Shown here: piece by piece, positions 13,207 through 27,200 of the stretch | Layout of the letters: the number at the start of each line of letters is the position of its first letter | How positions within the stretch are numbered: position 1 is the stretch's first letter | Origin: Octopus sinensis | Taxonomy: Eukaryota | Length of the DNA stretch: 64,000 nt | NCBI RefSeq assembly: GCF_006345805.1 | Contig: NC_043008.1 | Coordinates: 46,624,001-46,688,000 of the forward strand | Direction of reading: 5' to 3' | Notes under the pieces: generated by a model | Databases searched by the model: none | What the model was told of the DNA's origin: nothing | What the model saw: only the letters and a program-made list of their open reading frames with translations | Translations under genes and position numbers: made by a program

Positions 13207-13402
13207 TATATATGCATATATATATGTATATATATACGTATATGTATATGTATATATATATATGTATATATATATGTGTATGTATATATATATGTATATA
13301 TATATGTAATATATATATATGCATATATATATTTATATATATGTATATATATGTTATATATATGTTTATATAAATGTATATATATATTTATATATATGTA
13401 TG

Positions 13403-13475
<73 letters not shown>

Positions 13476-13564
13476 ATATATGTTATATATATGTTTATAT
13501 AAATGTATATATATTTATATATATGTATGTATATATATATAATATATATATATGTATATATATA

Positions 13565-13605
<41 letters not shown>

Positions 13606-13629
13606 ATATATGTATATTATATATATATG

Positions 13630-13661
<32 letters not shown>

Positions 13662-14695
13662 AACACGCAAATAGTGAGCGGTGTTCCGCAAGGCACTGTT
13701 TTGGAACCACTACTGTTCATAATGGCCCTCTCACACATGCCCTCAGTCACGCAGAGAGCCACGATCACAAGTTATGCAGATGATACAAAAGCTTCACAGG
13801 CAATACAGAACCCTGAAGACACTATGCTCCTGCAATGTGAGCTGGACAAAATATACAAGTGGCCTGAAAAGAATAGCATGCAGTTCAATGCTGAAAAGTT
13901 TCAAGCTTCATGCTATCAGCATGCCAAACTAAATGCAATGCCCAATAAATACACTGGACCTGGAGGGATTGCGATCCCAGAGGCACAATCAGTGAGAGAC
14001 CTGGGTATTTACATGAGTGATGATGCAACCTTTCATGTGCATGTTGCTAAATTGGCAATGAAATGTAGGCAGCTGACCGGATGGATTCTTAGAACTTTTA
14101 GAACAAAAGACCAGAAAACCATGATGGTCCTCTGGAGGACACTTGTCCTAAGCCACTGTGACTATTGCTCCCAGCTATGGTCACCATCCAGTGTCAAGTT
14201 AATCACAGAACATGAGGTGATCGAACGAAGATACACAAAGAAGATAGTCTCTGTGCAGCATATAAGCTATTGGGAAAGACTCAAGAGATTAAGATTCTAT
14301 TCCTTAGAGCGTAGGCTAGAGTGATATGCCATAATATACATCTAGAAGATCCTAGAAGGACTTGTCCCAAACTTTGGCATCGAGAGTTACACAAATGCCA
14401 CAACTGGGCGCCACTGCATAGTGCTAAGGACTCCAAATTTGCCACCAAGATGTAGGACAAGATACTGTGATAGCCTGGGCTTCAGCGGCCCACAGCTCTT
14501 CAATATCCTCCCGAAGAACCTGACAGACCTGCATGGGGTGCATGCAGATGTCTTTAAAATGAAGCTGGATCTCTTTTTGTCAGGTTCCCAGATGAGCCAA
14601 CTTCACCGCAGGAGGTGCAGATGAGGGCAGCTGCATCGAACTCTCTCATGCACAAATGTCAATTGCTAAAAAGCATTCGTGAAGTAAAATCATGT
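13662..14695 (+). mobile_element. CR1-clade LINE, 5'-truncated RT C-terminal half
   Basis: [14 protein letters not shown] ... SYADDTK ... VRDLGIYMSDD ... WILRTF ... CDYCSQLWSP ... SYWERLKRLRFYSLERR ... FKMKLDLFL: RT domains 4-7 plus the CR1-type tail, with stops after 14324. Confidence 0.92.
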
Positions 14696-14699
14696 AGCA

Positions 14700-15125
14700 A
14701 CATGAATGCTACATTATCTGTATGATGTGGAAAATATTCCATCAGCACTGACCGAATGATGTTGGCATCACCTTCAAAATACATCCAAGGCTTGGACCAC
14801 GTGCCATCCGTCCACAACAAAAATCTAAATCGCATCACATAACGACAATACGACACAACTATTTCACCTCAATTGAACCCGCTCTCTTCAACATTACACC
14901 AGGACAGGTCAAAAAAGAAACTGACCACACAAAATTCAAGAAGTCTTTGGATAAATTCCTTCAAACAGTACCGGACAAACCACCCACACCCGGATATGTC
15001 TCCGCAAACAATAACTCTCTGTTCGAATGGGCCTTGGTGCCCAAATCCTGAACTGAAAGACTTCGCCAGGTGGTGCTATTAAGTTAGACATGGCCTGGGC
15101 CAATACTGGCCAAAACCTTTCTAAG
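14700..15125 (+). mobile_element. Second CR1-type LINE 3' end (different subfamily)
   Basis: Translation HPRLGPRAIRP ... IEPALFNI ... TKFKKSLDKFLQTVPDKPPTPGYVSANNNSLFEWA is a typical CR1 ORF2 terminus. Its tail is shared with 5816-5862. Confidence 0.8.
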
Positions 15126-15247
15126 TTATTCTAAGTTATATTTATACATATATATATATACATATATATATACATATATATACATATATATATACATATA
15201 TATACATATACATATATATACATATATATATACATATATATATTATA

Positions 15248-15281
<34 letters not shown>

Positions 15282-15316
15282 CATATATATATATAATATA
15301 TATATATAATATATAC

Positions 15317-15361
<45 letters not shown>

Positions 15362-15420
15362 CATATATATATATATACACATATATATATATATACATAT
15401 ATATATACATACATATATAT

Positions 15421-15451
<31 letters not shown>

Positions 15452-17439
15452 AATATATATTTATATGTATGTATATACGTATATATACGTCTGTATGTAA
15501 AGGTATAGGTTTATAAATATAAACAAACATGATGTTTTATAAGCGACGAAGGAAGGTGTATTGAATGATAGAAATAAGATGATATTTTTGGGAACGCCGA
15601 ATTGTCATTAGAACAACAGAAATACTGGGTAAATTATCCTTACAAAGCTGAAAAATTCGCACAATAGAAAATTCTCACGGAATTTAAGGATAACGTACCA
15701 AGTATTTCTACTTTTGTAACGGCAATACTGCCTTCGAAAAATGTTATTTGTATCGTACAATATATCCGTGTGTGTGTATGTGTGTCCGTGTGGGTTTGTA
15801 TATATATATATATATATATCTATATATACACAAATGAATACATAGGTAGATAGAGACACACCCGCACGCACACATCCTCAAAGATTCGAGCCAACCGATG
15901 TAATGCCTGCATTTGTGTATGTGTATCATGACATGGGACTGCCCTTCGACAAGGGGACCAATGGGTGTACTTGCACTTTCCAAACAGTGACACAGCAGGG
16001 AATAACTTTCTCTCTTTCTCCGCATATATGTGTGTGTGCATGTGTGCGAGTGTGTATATGTGTATATATCCATATATCCGTATATATATATATATAATAT
16101 ATATATATATATGTACACACACACAAATAGATTATGCCCCTGTACCTTTCTCTATCGCTGTCTTTGTGAGACATGTTTATTTATTACCTTCACAGATTTT
16201 TGTGTAACAAATACTGCGTTTTGATTTAATTTGGTAGATTATGAGCGTTTGTGAGGCGAAAGCTTTAGTTTAGATATAGCGACATCTTTACATGAGAATC
16301 ATAACGATAAGTGTTTTATGGCATTGCTTTTAAAAATATATTTATTTCTATTTTTCTAAGAATATAAATTAAAGTCAAGCTGATATTTGTATGGAGTTAA
16401 ACATACTCGACTTTATGTTCAGCTTATTTGTATTTCTGCCAAGACTAATTCATTAGATATTTAAAGTCTATTAGATTTCTGTGCATGCCTCACATGCTCT
16501 ACATCGACAGCGTATTGAATGTATAGAACTTACAAAAGGTGTATCGACAATTTCAAATTCTCTAGCTTACAAGCTAAGTATTTCGTTTATAGCCCAATAT
16601 GTCAATAATCATATTAATAACAACGCTTCGTTAATTTGCAATGAATATTATCTAGGTATCAGCCAGATGGGAACTAAAGTTCACGTACCAGTAGGAAAAA
16701 GAAAATTATGTACTAATGGAAAGACATTTACGGTTGTACTGATCTGAAAGCTGATTTTATTATTCTCTCTCAGTCTAATATATATTTAGAGGTGTTTGAG
16801 TATTATTTCCTTTTAGATAGACCAAAATAATATATTCTATACCCTGCTGCTCCACATAAACCCGTGTTACCAATCGAAAAATCCACTGTAAGATTTTATT
16901 CATGCTTAATAGAATGATATATATATCTATGTATTTCGTATGGTCTAGAACTTATATCTATCTCTGTAAGTTTTTCTCTCCTCTGCTCTGTCTGCCTCTC
17001 TTTCTCTCTCTTTCTCTGTATACATATATATATTATTTTGGCTGCTTGGAATTGCAGGATTAGATAACACATGTGTCGCTTTGGCAATATTAAACATTTT
17101 TGTGATATGTGGAAAAACATGAGATTTATTGCGGCTGGAATATCACCAGAAACTACAGGTACTGATTTATGATTCTCTCCCATAAACGAACTATATTTTT
17201 ATGGAGGTCAACCTTTATTGTGTTGCGTGCTGTAAGCATCTACACCGTGAGAGGAGTTTCTCCAAATAGTGATTTATCGTTTTTTGCACTTGCAACAAGT
17301 AGTGGCTCTCATAATGCTCCAACATATTTCATGGCGCCAAAATCACAAGAGTTTTACCAGTAGCTAACCCAAATTTTAGGCACAGATTTTGGAAGAAAAA
17401 CAATATTTCAGCTGTCAGCAGTTTTTAAGGAATAACAAT

Positions 17440-17625
17440 AATCTTTTCTACTCTAGGTATAATGTCCAAAATTTTGGGGAAGGGGCCAGTCGATTAGATC
17501 GACACCAGAACGCAACTGGTACTTAATTTATCGGCGGAATTTGAAATCAGAACGTAAAGAGAGAGGAAATACTGTTAAGCATTTGGCTCGGCGTGCTTAA
17601 CCATTCTGCCAACCCGCCGCCTTTA
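17440..17625 (-). mobile_element. tRNA-derived SINE (same family as 611-1007), internally deleted
   Basis: 'aactggtacttaatttatc|ggcggaatttgaaatcagaacgtaa...ccattctgccaacccgcc'. Confidence 0.7.
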
Positions 17626-17843
17626 ATGAATAACAATAATGCATTGCAAAGTATCGCGCACTTATCTAGATTGGAGTGATGCCGATGAGTTTATATTTAT
17701 TACATGGCATCAGAGAAGCTGTAAGAATGATGTGCGAAGTGTCACATAATCATATTGCAAGCGTTATCCTCGCCCCCAGGCAAAACCGTTCCCTCCAAAC
17801 GTTCGCTGTCTTTTCACACTCTTATGCGAGATACAAATACACA

Positions 17844-17891
<48 letters not shown>

Positions 17892-18531
17892 AAACATTCT
17901 TTGATTGTAGTAAGATCGTGTGTAATCTTCTAGCATATGGCTGTCCACATAGTGTTTTTTAGCCCTAAATATACACAAGTATTGGAATTCTCTGTGATTT
18001 TTCAGATTTTTTATATGCTAGGCTACAGGTTTTAAATTGATATTAATTAAATTAGTATTCAATTTATCGCCCTCATTATTTAAATATATATATATATACT
18101 CTTTCCATTTTTTAATAGTTTAAGCTCGAGTGCCGCGGGTATACTGGGCCACTGCCGTTAGTGTTGTCCCCTATTCATTGCTTGCGACTTCCTCTGACGC
18201 ACGACATTTGTCAAATGAAGGAGTTTGAGGTTGCTGCCTTTATTTGCGTCTTCTGCCTGAGCTGATCTCATCTGGAACTTTTGACAGGAGTGGATTGACA
18301 GTTTGGTTTTACACGTACTTCCATCCATGTACTTCCCAGTGACTGGGGGAATTACGTTGTGCGCATGAATGGTAAAAGATCCCCAGATGAGCTAGTACAA
18401 AAATGAAGTATGCAGTATAACAAGGAAAAGATCCTGCAACAAAGAACACTTGGAACATATGAGAACTCATTCAAATCAAACAGGAGCACCTTGGATTAGT
18501 TGAAGAAAGTTTTAGAGTGCATGCGAATATA

Positions 18532-18577
<46 letters not shown>

Positions 18578-18664
18578 TCTGGGAATATTATTCCAAACTT
18601 ACAGGGAAAAATTCAATTTAGAAATACTAAATCAAATTTCACAAAATATAATATATATATACAT

Positions 18665-18779
<115 letters not shown>

Positions 18780-18780
18780 G

Positions 18781-19076
18781 TACAAAACACCTTTTATCAA
18801 TTAAATAATGAAAAATCAAATTATACCATTTAGAAAAATGACATATTATCGAAAGATTAAATATAAGATTAAATATAAGATAAAACATATAACAATGATT
18901 AAGTAATGTGCAAAATAGTATTCTGCCAAATATTTATGTTTTATTTATTATTTTGCACATTACTTAATCATCGTTATATGTTTTATCTTATATTTAATCT
19001 TTCGATAATATGTAATTTTTCTAAATGGTATATTTTAATTTTTCATTATTGAATTGACAAAAGGTGTTTTTTTGTA
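18781..19076. mobile_element. AT-rich fold-back element / MITE in a TA microsatellite
   Basis: Arms 18781-18917 and 18949-19076 are reverse complements (e.g. ttaagtaatgtgcaaaata / tattttgcacattacttaa) around a 31-bp spacer. TA at both ends. Confidence 0.8.
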
Positions 19077-19262
<186 letters not shown>

Positions 19263-21739
19263 ATTAATAGATAACATATGAATATTATTATTTTAATTCT
19301 CATATCAGCCTCTGCTATTCTAGTTATATGTTATACCGGATACGTGTATTTATGTAGTCTATTTCTCGTCCATCCCTGTGGTTTATAATCACACTCACCC
19401 CATTCCTGCAACAGCACACTTTTTTTAAGATGACATAAGAAATACGGCAAGATACAAATAACCGATTAGACGAAATATCATCTTAAACTCGTCAAGTAGA
19501 AATGGCCTGCCTGGTTTATTATGATTTTTTTCTCACTTTATATTCGTGTTTCATCTTTTTTTACCGATCATATTTTGATATTTTTCCCTCTCTCACATAG
19601 CCGGAATAACCATGTCAAACATATCAACAAATTTACTCTTGTCCTAAAGCTTGTCAATATTTCACACTGAAGCATTAAAACGTCTTCCATAAACTATTTT
19701 AGTTAAACTGAAACCTAACGAAGGATTATGGCATTAAAATACATGCTGCCTTCTTACTTGTGACCACGATATATTTTCATTTAGACTGGAATAATTAAAG
19801 TTTCCCACTCATAAATTTATCGTGTTACATATTCAACTAAACAGACCCTTTAAGACACTAATTTGAATTCCCCAACACACAGTGGAACTGCGTTACAAAA
19901 GAATAACGAAGCACGCATTTGTAATATGTATTAATACTCTTTGAATATTCCTTTTCGTAGTTATCTTCGGGTTCATTTCTGATCTCGGTACTTTCACAGA
20001 GATTAGCTTACAGTTTTCTCTAGAAACAAATATTATGCAATGGATTTAAGTCTAGTAATATTTTTCCCTTTGCGAATGTTCGAATTAGAAAGATCTTGGA
20101 ATTGATTCGCCATACAGCAATAGAGTTTTCGTTCCTCTATTGTTCTTCTTTTAGGTTTCATCTTCTCATACTTACGATTTATATCTAAGAGCTGTCAGAC
20201 GTAAAACATTAGTTTCTTTCAGTAATTCCAGTGATTAGTGTTTAAAATATCTATTCCGTTGAAATTTGTAGTTTATGCTTTAGTTAATGTTGTATGTTGT
20301 TAATGAATTCTGTTATAACAATTATACATCCATGATTGTCAATAACAGATGCAGGTAGCAATTAGACTAAATCCAGTCAATGCAATTTGTTACGGGCGTG
20401 TTTTACCTTCTTCATTTATCAAGAATATGTCTTCTTATAATCCTTGTTACATCATGAATCTGAAGTACAACGAAGCCAAGTGGCACCCTACACAAATTTT
20501 GGGCACATTTTCCTTGCACTCTAGAATGTTTTAATGCTTAGTGGTTTTTGAGTTGTTTATGAAATTTTATATAATTTTGATTGGCAATTGACAATTCAGC
20601 CATTCATGTGCATTACTGCTTTTTACTAAACGTGTAATTCATACGATTTAAAGATTTAGGCGTTTGTTAAAACTTCGAGAAGTGCTTAATCCATGAAACG
20701 GTGGATCTTGCAGTTGAGCAGCACATATTGTTTCTTATGGTAATTTTTGCTGTTGATTAGGTGTTGTGTTATCATTTAGTCTTGTGGCTGCTTTTCCTGT
20801 TGAAGTTTGATGTTTTCCGCCTCGGTATCGTTAGCAAAATATTGCTGGTGTTAGAGACTACATGCAATTTTCCGTCTATAGATTCTGTCAACCTGAGTAA
20901 ATATATTACTCCAAAATCACTTAGTAAATGGAAAGTATTTTTTTCCTTTTAATATAGAAAAACTCATGCAAATTTGCGTCTCAAAATAATAGTAACAAAT
21001 AAATGGTTAGCGTGATATGAATATAACCTTCACACCAAAATATATTTCGTGCCAAAAATCGATTGTATTCTCTACATAGTTGCATTCAGATTTAGGACAG
21101 GCATATGTTGACAAGCACTCCGTATCGATTTCTAGCAATGAATGCAAGAGTTTTTTTGTTTCTTGTGTGCAATTATCTCCTCTGCAATGAAAATGAATAA
21201 ACGTTGACTAGACATCCATCGACATCGCTAATTTTTAATTAGATCTTCGAGTTTTTTCCAGTCTTTTCCAACTAAAAAGGAGGAAAAAATAACCACAGTG
21301 ACAAGAAATCTAATTAACATTTGTTTGCAAATTAATCATTTTGGAAAATTATTTCTATAAGTAAAATAACATTGCTGATAAACGCACCGTCGTGCGCCAC
21401 ACCCACGCCGTAATCATCGTTATTTTCCTCCTACTTTTTCTCATACATCTAATCAATATTATCATCATAGTTTTGATGGTTGTAAAACTGTAGATATAAT
21501 TATTGTTAACATTAATACTAACAATGTTAATTACTTTGATGCATTACCAAAAATATTTGGAATTGTAAAAAACATATCCTGCCACCATTTACTTTCATTT
21601 TATTTCTTTAACACAAATCGTAAAATAAATAAAATTCTAAATGTTTAAATTATTCATATCAGTTTAGAATGAGTAGAGAAATGCTTAGTACGAATAAATT
21701 AATGAGGTTTATCGATTAAGAAAGCGTATGATATGGCCC

Positions 21740-23165
21740 CCTGTTCCTAGATTTTAGAGAGTCTTGAGCTGGTACACGTGTCCGATAACATATCAAACAT
21801 TATTAGGAGATCAATGAAGAACTGGAAAAGTTGTGGCGTGTTTTAACATCAAGAGATTCATATTTGAAGCAGTGCCTATCGCCAGTTCTGTTTGTGATTT
21901 GTATGACGCCCCTCAAAGAGATACTACGAAAAGCGACATCGAGGCACACCTTGAACAGTGGGGGAAGCTTAAATAATCTTTTATATATCGATGCCTTAAA
22001 GATCTTTCAGGAGGAGACTGAGCGTGAATTAAAGGCCGCGTTTCACCAGTGAAGATATTCAGTAAGGATAAGGGAATGGGATATGGGATTAGTATATCTG
22101 GTATGTTTATAATAGAAAAAGGCAAAGTACTATCGTCTGGTGATGTAGAACTATCCAACGGTGAGAAAATCAAAGATGTCGAGGTTGATGGATATTTCGA
22201 AATATGACAAAATCATGGCAAGTCAAATGAGAGACAACTTTAGGCGAGACTATCTCAGGAAGATCAAATTAGTTATGGGAAGTAGGCTCAATGGGAGAAA
22301 TAGGACCAGGAAAATGAACAGAAGCGCTGTTTCTTCAATTCGATATGGGGCAGGTATTGTTAAGAGGACAAAGACCGAGCTTGAGGAAAAGGACAGAAAA
22401 AAACAGAAAATTGATGATAATTAACAAATAACTGCACCCAAAATGCGATATTGACAGGTCGTATGTGCCTAGCAATAAGGGAGCAAGGGACCTCATAGGA
22501 TGCTAGATCTGTGTTGTCAACGAGAAGAACAGTTTGGAATGGTAAATCAAAAATTAGAGTAAATCCTTGTGAGAGTTTACAATACAAAACCTACCGAAAA
22601 TGTGATGTACCTACAAACATTTTTTTAAAATAGTTAAAGAGATGAGAATAAGCTATTGGAGATACAGCGTTCTGAGATGTAATTATACCAAGTTCCAAAT
22701 CGATAAAGGCAGCGAATCGCACTTTTGTACGGTTTGTAGCAGCGAAAAGGAAATATCCTCACATATTGTGGGTGAGTGTAGCAAACTGGCTGAAAATTAC
22801 TACAAAGGAGGCAATAACGTGGCTAAGTTTGTCCATTGGAAACTACGTAAAACGTACAGCCTGAAGAGAGCATGGTAAGAAACATGAACCAGGGGCTACC
22901 AAGAGCAATCAATATAAGGTACTGGGGGATTTCACAATCGATGCTCGGAGATCAGACTTGTTGTGGATGATGGGAAAAAAGGGAAACCAAGATTATAGAG
23001 ATTGCAATCCCTGGGAATGCTTGCGTACGTGGCAAAGAACTAGAAGAGATGGAAAAGTACTAATAAATGAAATTGCAAGTATACTAACAATGAGGAGGGT
23101 GTCTGTCATGCCAGTAGTTTTAGGGGTACTCAGGGTACTAGAGAAATCAGAATTGACACGAGAAC
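21740..23165 (+). mobile_element. Decayed R4/Dong-type (RLE) LINE: RT C-terminus through endonuclease region
   Basis: LSPVLFVICMTPL ... LNNLLYIDALKIF (YMDD-like); YLRKIKLVMGSRLNGRN ... AVSSIRYGAGIV; CTVCSSEKEISSHIVGEC (CCHC knuckle); VMPVVLGVL. Many stops and frameshifts. Confidence 0.85.
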
Positions 23166-23168
23166 AGA

Positions 23169-23618
23169 CTAGCAGCCCAATTAAATGAGTATATATCCAG
23201 AAAGATACAACACCCGCATGGATGCTGACAGGGAGGACAACATTTGTAACATTTAACTAAACTTTGTATCATATGTACGGCGGTATTTTGGAGTGGGGAG
23301 TGGGAATGGAAAAATAAGAGAGAATATTTATTTTATGAGTGCCGTGTATTAAGTCTATAGCAGTGTGCATAAAATATATAAAGTGTATTATCCTCGCCTG
23401 TCACACGGGAGACCGGAGTCTCGTACTGTTTAAGACGGTGCTCCAGCATGGCCGCAGTAAAAAGACTGAAATAATAAAATTTCTTTCACGCCTTCAAGAT
23501 TTATGGACAAAGTTTCAGACATAACGCAATCGGTTTACCATTAATTCCGTGAAATATTCACGTGTCCCGCTACGAAATATAAGGAAGATAGATCTTGTTT
23601 TAAAAATGTGAAAGAGGA
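23169..23618 (+). repeat. Diverged direct repeat of 25787-26238 (~450 bp)
   Basis: Long identical blocks (e.g. 'acaacatttgtaacatttaactaaactttgtatcatatgtacggcggtattttggagtggggagtgggaatggaaaaataagagagaatatttattttatga') with indels in between. Confidence 0.9.
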
Positions 23619-25599
23619 AATTAATTGAAACAATAGATAAAGTGAAATAGGAGGTGGTGATTGGAGAAAATGAATTTAAATGGAAGATCTCCCAATAAAT
23701 ACAGTAAGTAGCAACAAAGTGTAAAGAAACATTAATTCAAACTAATTAAAATAATTAACTAAAGCTATTAGCGCTAAAGTACTGGAGTAAATTATCATAT
23801 CCAGGTGCTCTTACTGATTAATTTTCAAGGGAATGATTTGAATAATTTGTTTTAAAAATGTTTACATCTTGTCTCTTGTTCAAAATATTAAACTCAGGCG
23901 TAAGAATAAACAATGATTCTGCTAAATGAAGGTCGGATTACATCTTAAGGTCAAACTTAATGACGACAGACTTTCCTTATTCCTAAACAAGGACTGTTAG
24001 CGGCATTATTCTGTCCCACGCGTATTTTGGAGGAGTTTAATCAGCGTATGGGTGTGTCGTACAAACTTATTGTTATATTGTTTCCTTTTAAATTGTTTTA
24101 TTTTATATAAAACTTTATGTTCATCCTTTCTGTTTGATAAACATAATACGTTTACTCTTTGCCGGTAACGCTCTTCTACTCTCCAAAAGATTTTCAAGTT
24201 GTCCTATTACATCCCAACATGGTTTTGGAAAGCCTCTCTTTAAACATTTTACTGTATGTAGTTGCTTTTGCAGCTTACAAAGAACAAGGTTTTTCTTGTT
24301 GTTTTCACTTCTCTTAATCGAACAGCTACTTTGATCTTAAGCTAGAAAAACCAAGCCAATATTTTGCGCCTTATTTACAAAAAGTGTAGTGCTTTTCTTC
24401 GGGTTTGAAATAATATAGAATGTGTTGTGCCCAGTACGATGTATTTCTCTTTATGTAGAGTTTTAGTAATGTATAAGTTCAATAGTTATATATATTCTTT
24501 CTGTTATTGTTCCTGCATTTTGAGTATTTCTGTTTCGAGTTATCTATATTTCTATAACATCACCTTTTCTTTTATATACACAGCGCTGCTTCTCAAGCTT
24601 CATACATAGTGTAGAATGATATTCTCTTTGCTGGCGGTTGTTGATTATTATCTCCTTTATACGAGCATCGATCACGCATCCATGCGAAAATATTCTATGA
24701 AATGATTCCCTTGCACAGACTTTTCTCCTTTAGATACTTAAACGATATCGTTCCTCACAACATATTATAAAGCTGGTATATATATTTTAGAATGAATGGC
24801 CCATCTATCTTATTCTAGCAATTGTGTTGTCATTTGTTTAAAAACAATGTGTTTAAGCGCTTTTTTAATCTTTATACATTTTTGCATTCATTTTTGTATT
24901 GTTTCCTTCGGGCCCAAATATTTGTTTGCATTTTCTCTTACAATTTTTCTTGTTATTTCTGTGTTTTGATAAAAAAAAAAGTCTATTACATTAGATACTG
25001 TTTCATGTTTCTTATTTCTCTCTATATATTTTTTCTTTTGGTTTTGTTCATGTTTTGAAACAATTCGTATTAGTTTTCCATTGTTTTTTATGAGATTTGT
25101 TTGTAGTCTACACTGAATTTCTTCTAATAAATTGTTTTCTAGTGGCTGTTAGATTTACAAAACTATTACAAATATCAAATGTAATACAATATATAATAAA
25201 CGAAACTAGATAAATAATATAAAGAACTAAAAAGTTAGAAGCGAAACAAAATTGTTTTCGGTCTTCGAGGATGCAATCAAATGTTAAATATAAGCTGAAA
25301 TGGTAGATACAAATAAAAGAAATTTGAAAAACCTAAAAACTAAATACAAATGGGTCAAAAAATAATTTGAAGATACTAAGAGTAAAGTACCAATTTGGCC
25401 AATGTCTGAAAGGACGAAAACTGTACAAGTTGGAAATGGATAAATATTGCAAAACTTACTGTTATATACATGATAGAAAACTTTAGGATTTATATTCGTG
25501 GTAGAGAATTAAAACGCTATAAGCGAAAACAATGAAAATCTTGTTATGATGTTGTATACATTAGATAAATGCAGAATATATGTAAGTGGGAAAGAAACA

Positions 25600-25870
25600 A
25601 TTGACCGCATCGAATATGACGGCCCAAGTTTAGTCGTGAAATAATATATCTGTACCGCCATGGCATATTGTCATAAATACGGGTGATGTCAAAGAACAAG
25701 TGGGTAAAGTGCCTAACTGGGAAACCCCCGAACCAGATGGGATTCATGGCTTTTGGCTGAAGAGATGCCGCGCGGTGCATGAAAGGCTAGCAGCCCAATT
25801 AAATGAGCGTATCCAGAAAGATACAGCGCCCGCATCGATGCTGACTGGGAGGACAACATTTGTAACATTT
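25600..25870 (+). mobile_element. R4/Dong-type LINE RT N-terminal fragment
   Basis: Translation INTGDVKEQVGKVPNWETPEPDGIHGFWLKRCRAVHERLAAQLNERIQ ... MLTGRTTFV matches the 'PNWK.PGPDG..G.WLK' RT domain 0/1 of R4-type elements. Confidence 0.75.
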
Positions 25871-25982
25871 AACTAAACTTTGTATCATATGTACGGCGGT
25901 ATTTTGGAGTGGGGAGTGGGAATGGAAAAATAAGAGAGAATATTTATTTTATGAATGCTGTGTATTAAGTCTATAAAAGTGT

Positions 25983-26054
25983 GAATAAAGTATATAAAGT
26001 GTATTATCCCCGCCTGTCACACGGGAGACCGGGACTCGATTCCCGGTCGGGGAG
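25983..26054 (+). pseudogene. tRNA-Asp(GTC) pseudogene / SINE-head relic
   Basis: 'tatccccgcctgtcacacgggagaccgggactcgattcccggtcggggag' closely follows the canonical metazoan tRNA-Asp 3' two-thirds. The acceptor 5' strand and D-arm are degraded and the anticodon stem has a C-A mismatch. Confidence 0.7.
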
Positions 26055-27132
26055 TCCCATACTTTTTAAGACGGTGCTCCAACAAGGCCGCAGTAAAATG
26101 ACTGAAACGTCTAAAAGAATAAAAGAATAAAATTCCTTTCACGCAATCGGTTTACCATTAATTCCGTGAAATATTTACGTGTGCCGCTACGAAATATAAT
26201 GAAGTAAGAAGATCTTGTTTTAAAAACGTGATAGAGGATGTGAGTGTAACATTGTTACACTCATGGTGAATACAAAGTTAAGAAATGTTAATAAAAGAAC
26301 AAACAGATAGTATATACATACATCAAAGTATATTTTGTATATCATGTAGAACAAAGAAGTAGGCTCACTCCTGAAGACGGATGCTAATCTACAGAGGAAG
26401 TATTTTGTCGATGATATCGCCTTTCAGGTCGACGTTAACGTTGCATCAGATTACGGGCTGTTCTTGATCGATGAAGTGAGAAAACATAACATTTAATCGC
26501 GTGTTTGTTAAATGTAAACAAAAACAACATAAAATTTGTTTAGGGAAAATATGTTATGGAAAAAGCTTTCAGTTAGAAATGTTGAAGACGCCCCTGACTC
26601 GGTTGCGCAACACATAAATATATATAGAACTACGGCGATAGCAGTTGGAGAGAGAAATAATTGCACGGCAGATTCATGAGACATAGCGAAGTTGGAAGTA
26701 AAGAAGAATATTTGTGTCTGAGAGATGGGAAGCTGAAAAGTGAAATGTAACATCTTCTTCCAAATCACCAAGACACAAGCAACATAACAATGTGCACCAT
26801 CTTGAAAAATAATAAACGTATTGATTATATCTGCCGTAATATGATATTTTACAAGGGAATTGCAAGACTTGGTAAAGCTACTTTGGAATCCTGGACAACA
26901 CTGACGGCCTGTGTCGGCAACGGGAAACAACGAGAAAATCACGAGATCCCAATATTTGAGAAAAAAAGGACTTTCATCTTCAATTCACACCCTCACAAAC
27001 TCTCTCTCTTCCTCTCTCCTTTCCCCCTCTCTCTGTATATATATATATATAATATATATATATATATATGTATACACACATACATATATATATATATGCA
27101 CTGACATATATATATATATATATATATATATA

Positions 27133-27200
27133 GGGAGAGTTTACGGAAAAAAACAAAAGATGAAGACAGTTGATATATGCACAGACATATATATATTACA
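27133..27200 (-). mobile_element. Fragment of (TA)n-linked Penelope-like repeat, family B
   Basis: '(TA)n-gggagagtt.a..aaaaa..caaaaga.gaagac' also occurs at 56610 and 57787. Confidence 0.6.

Noticed and set aside
26385-26480. CTGAAGA-CGGATG start resembling a hammerhead
   Set aside because: No downstream GAAA box or complementary stem II strand.
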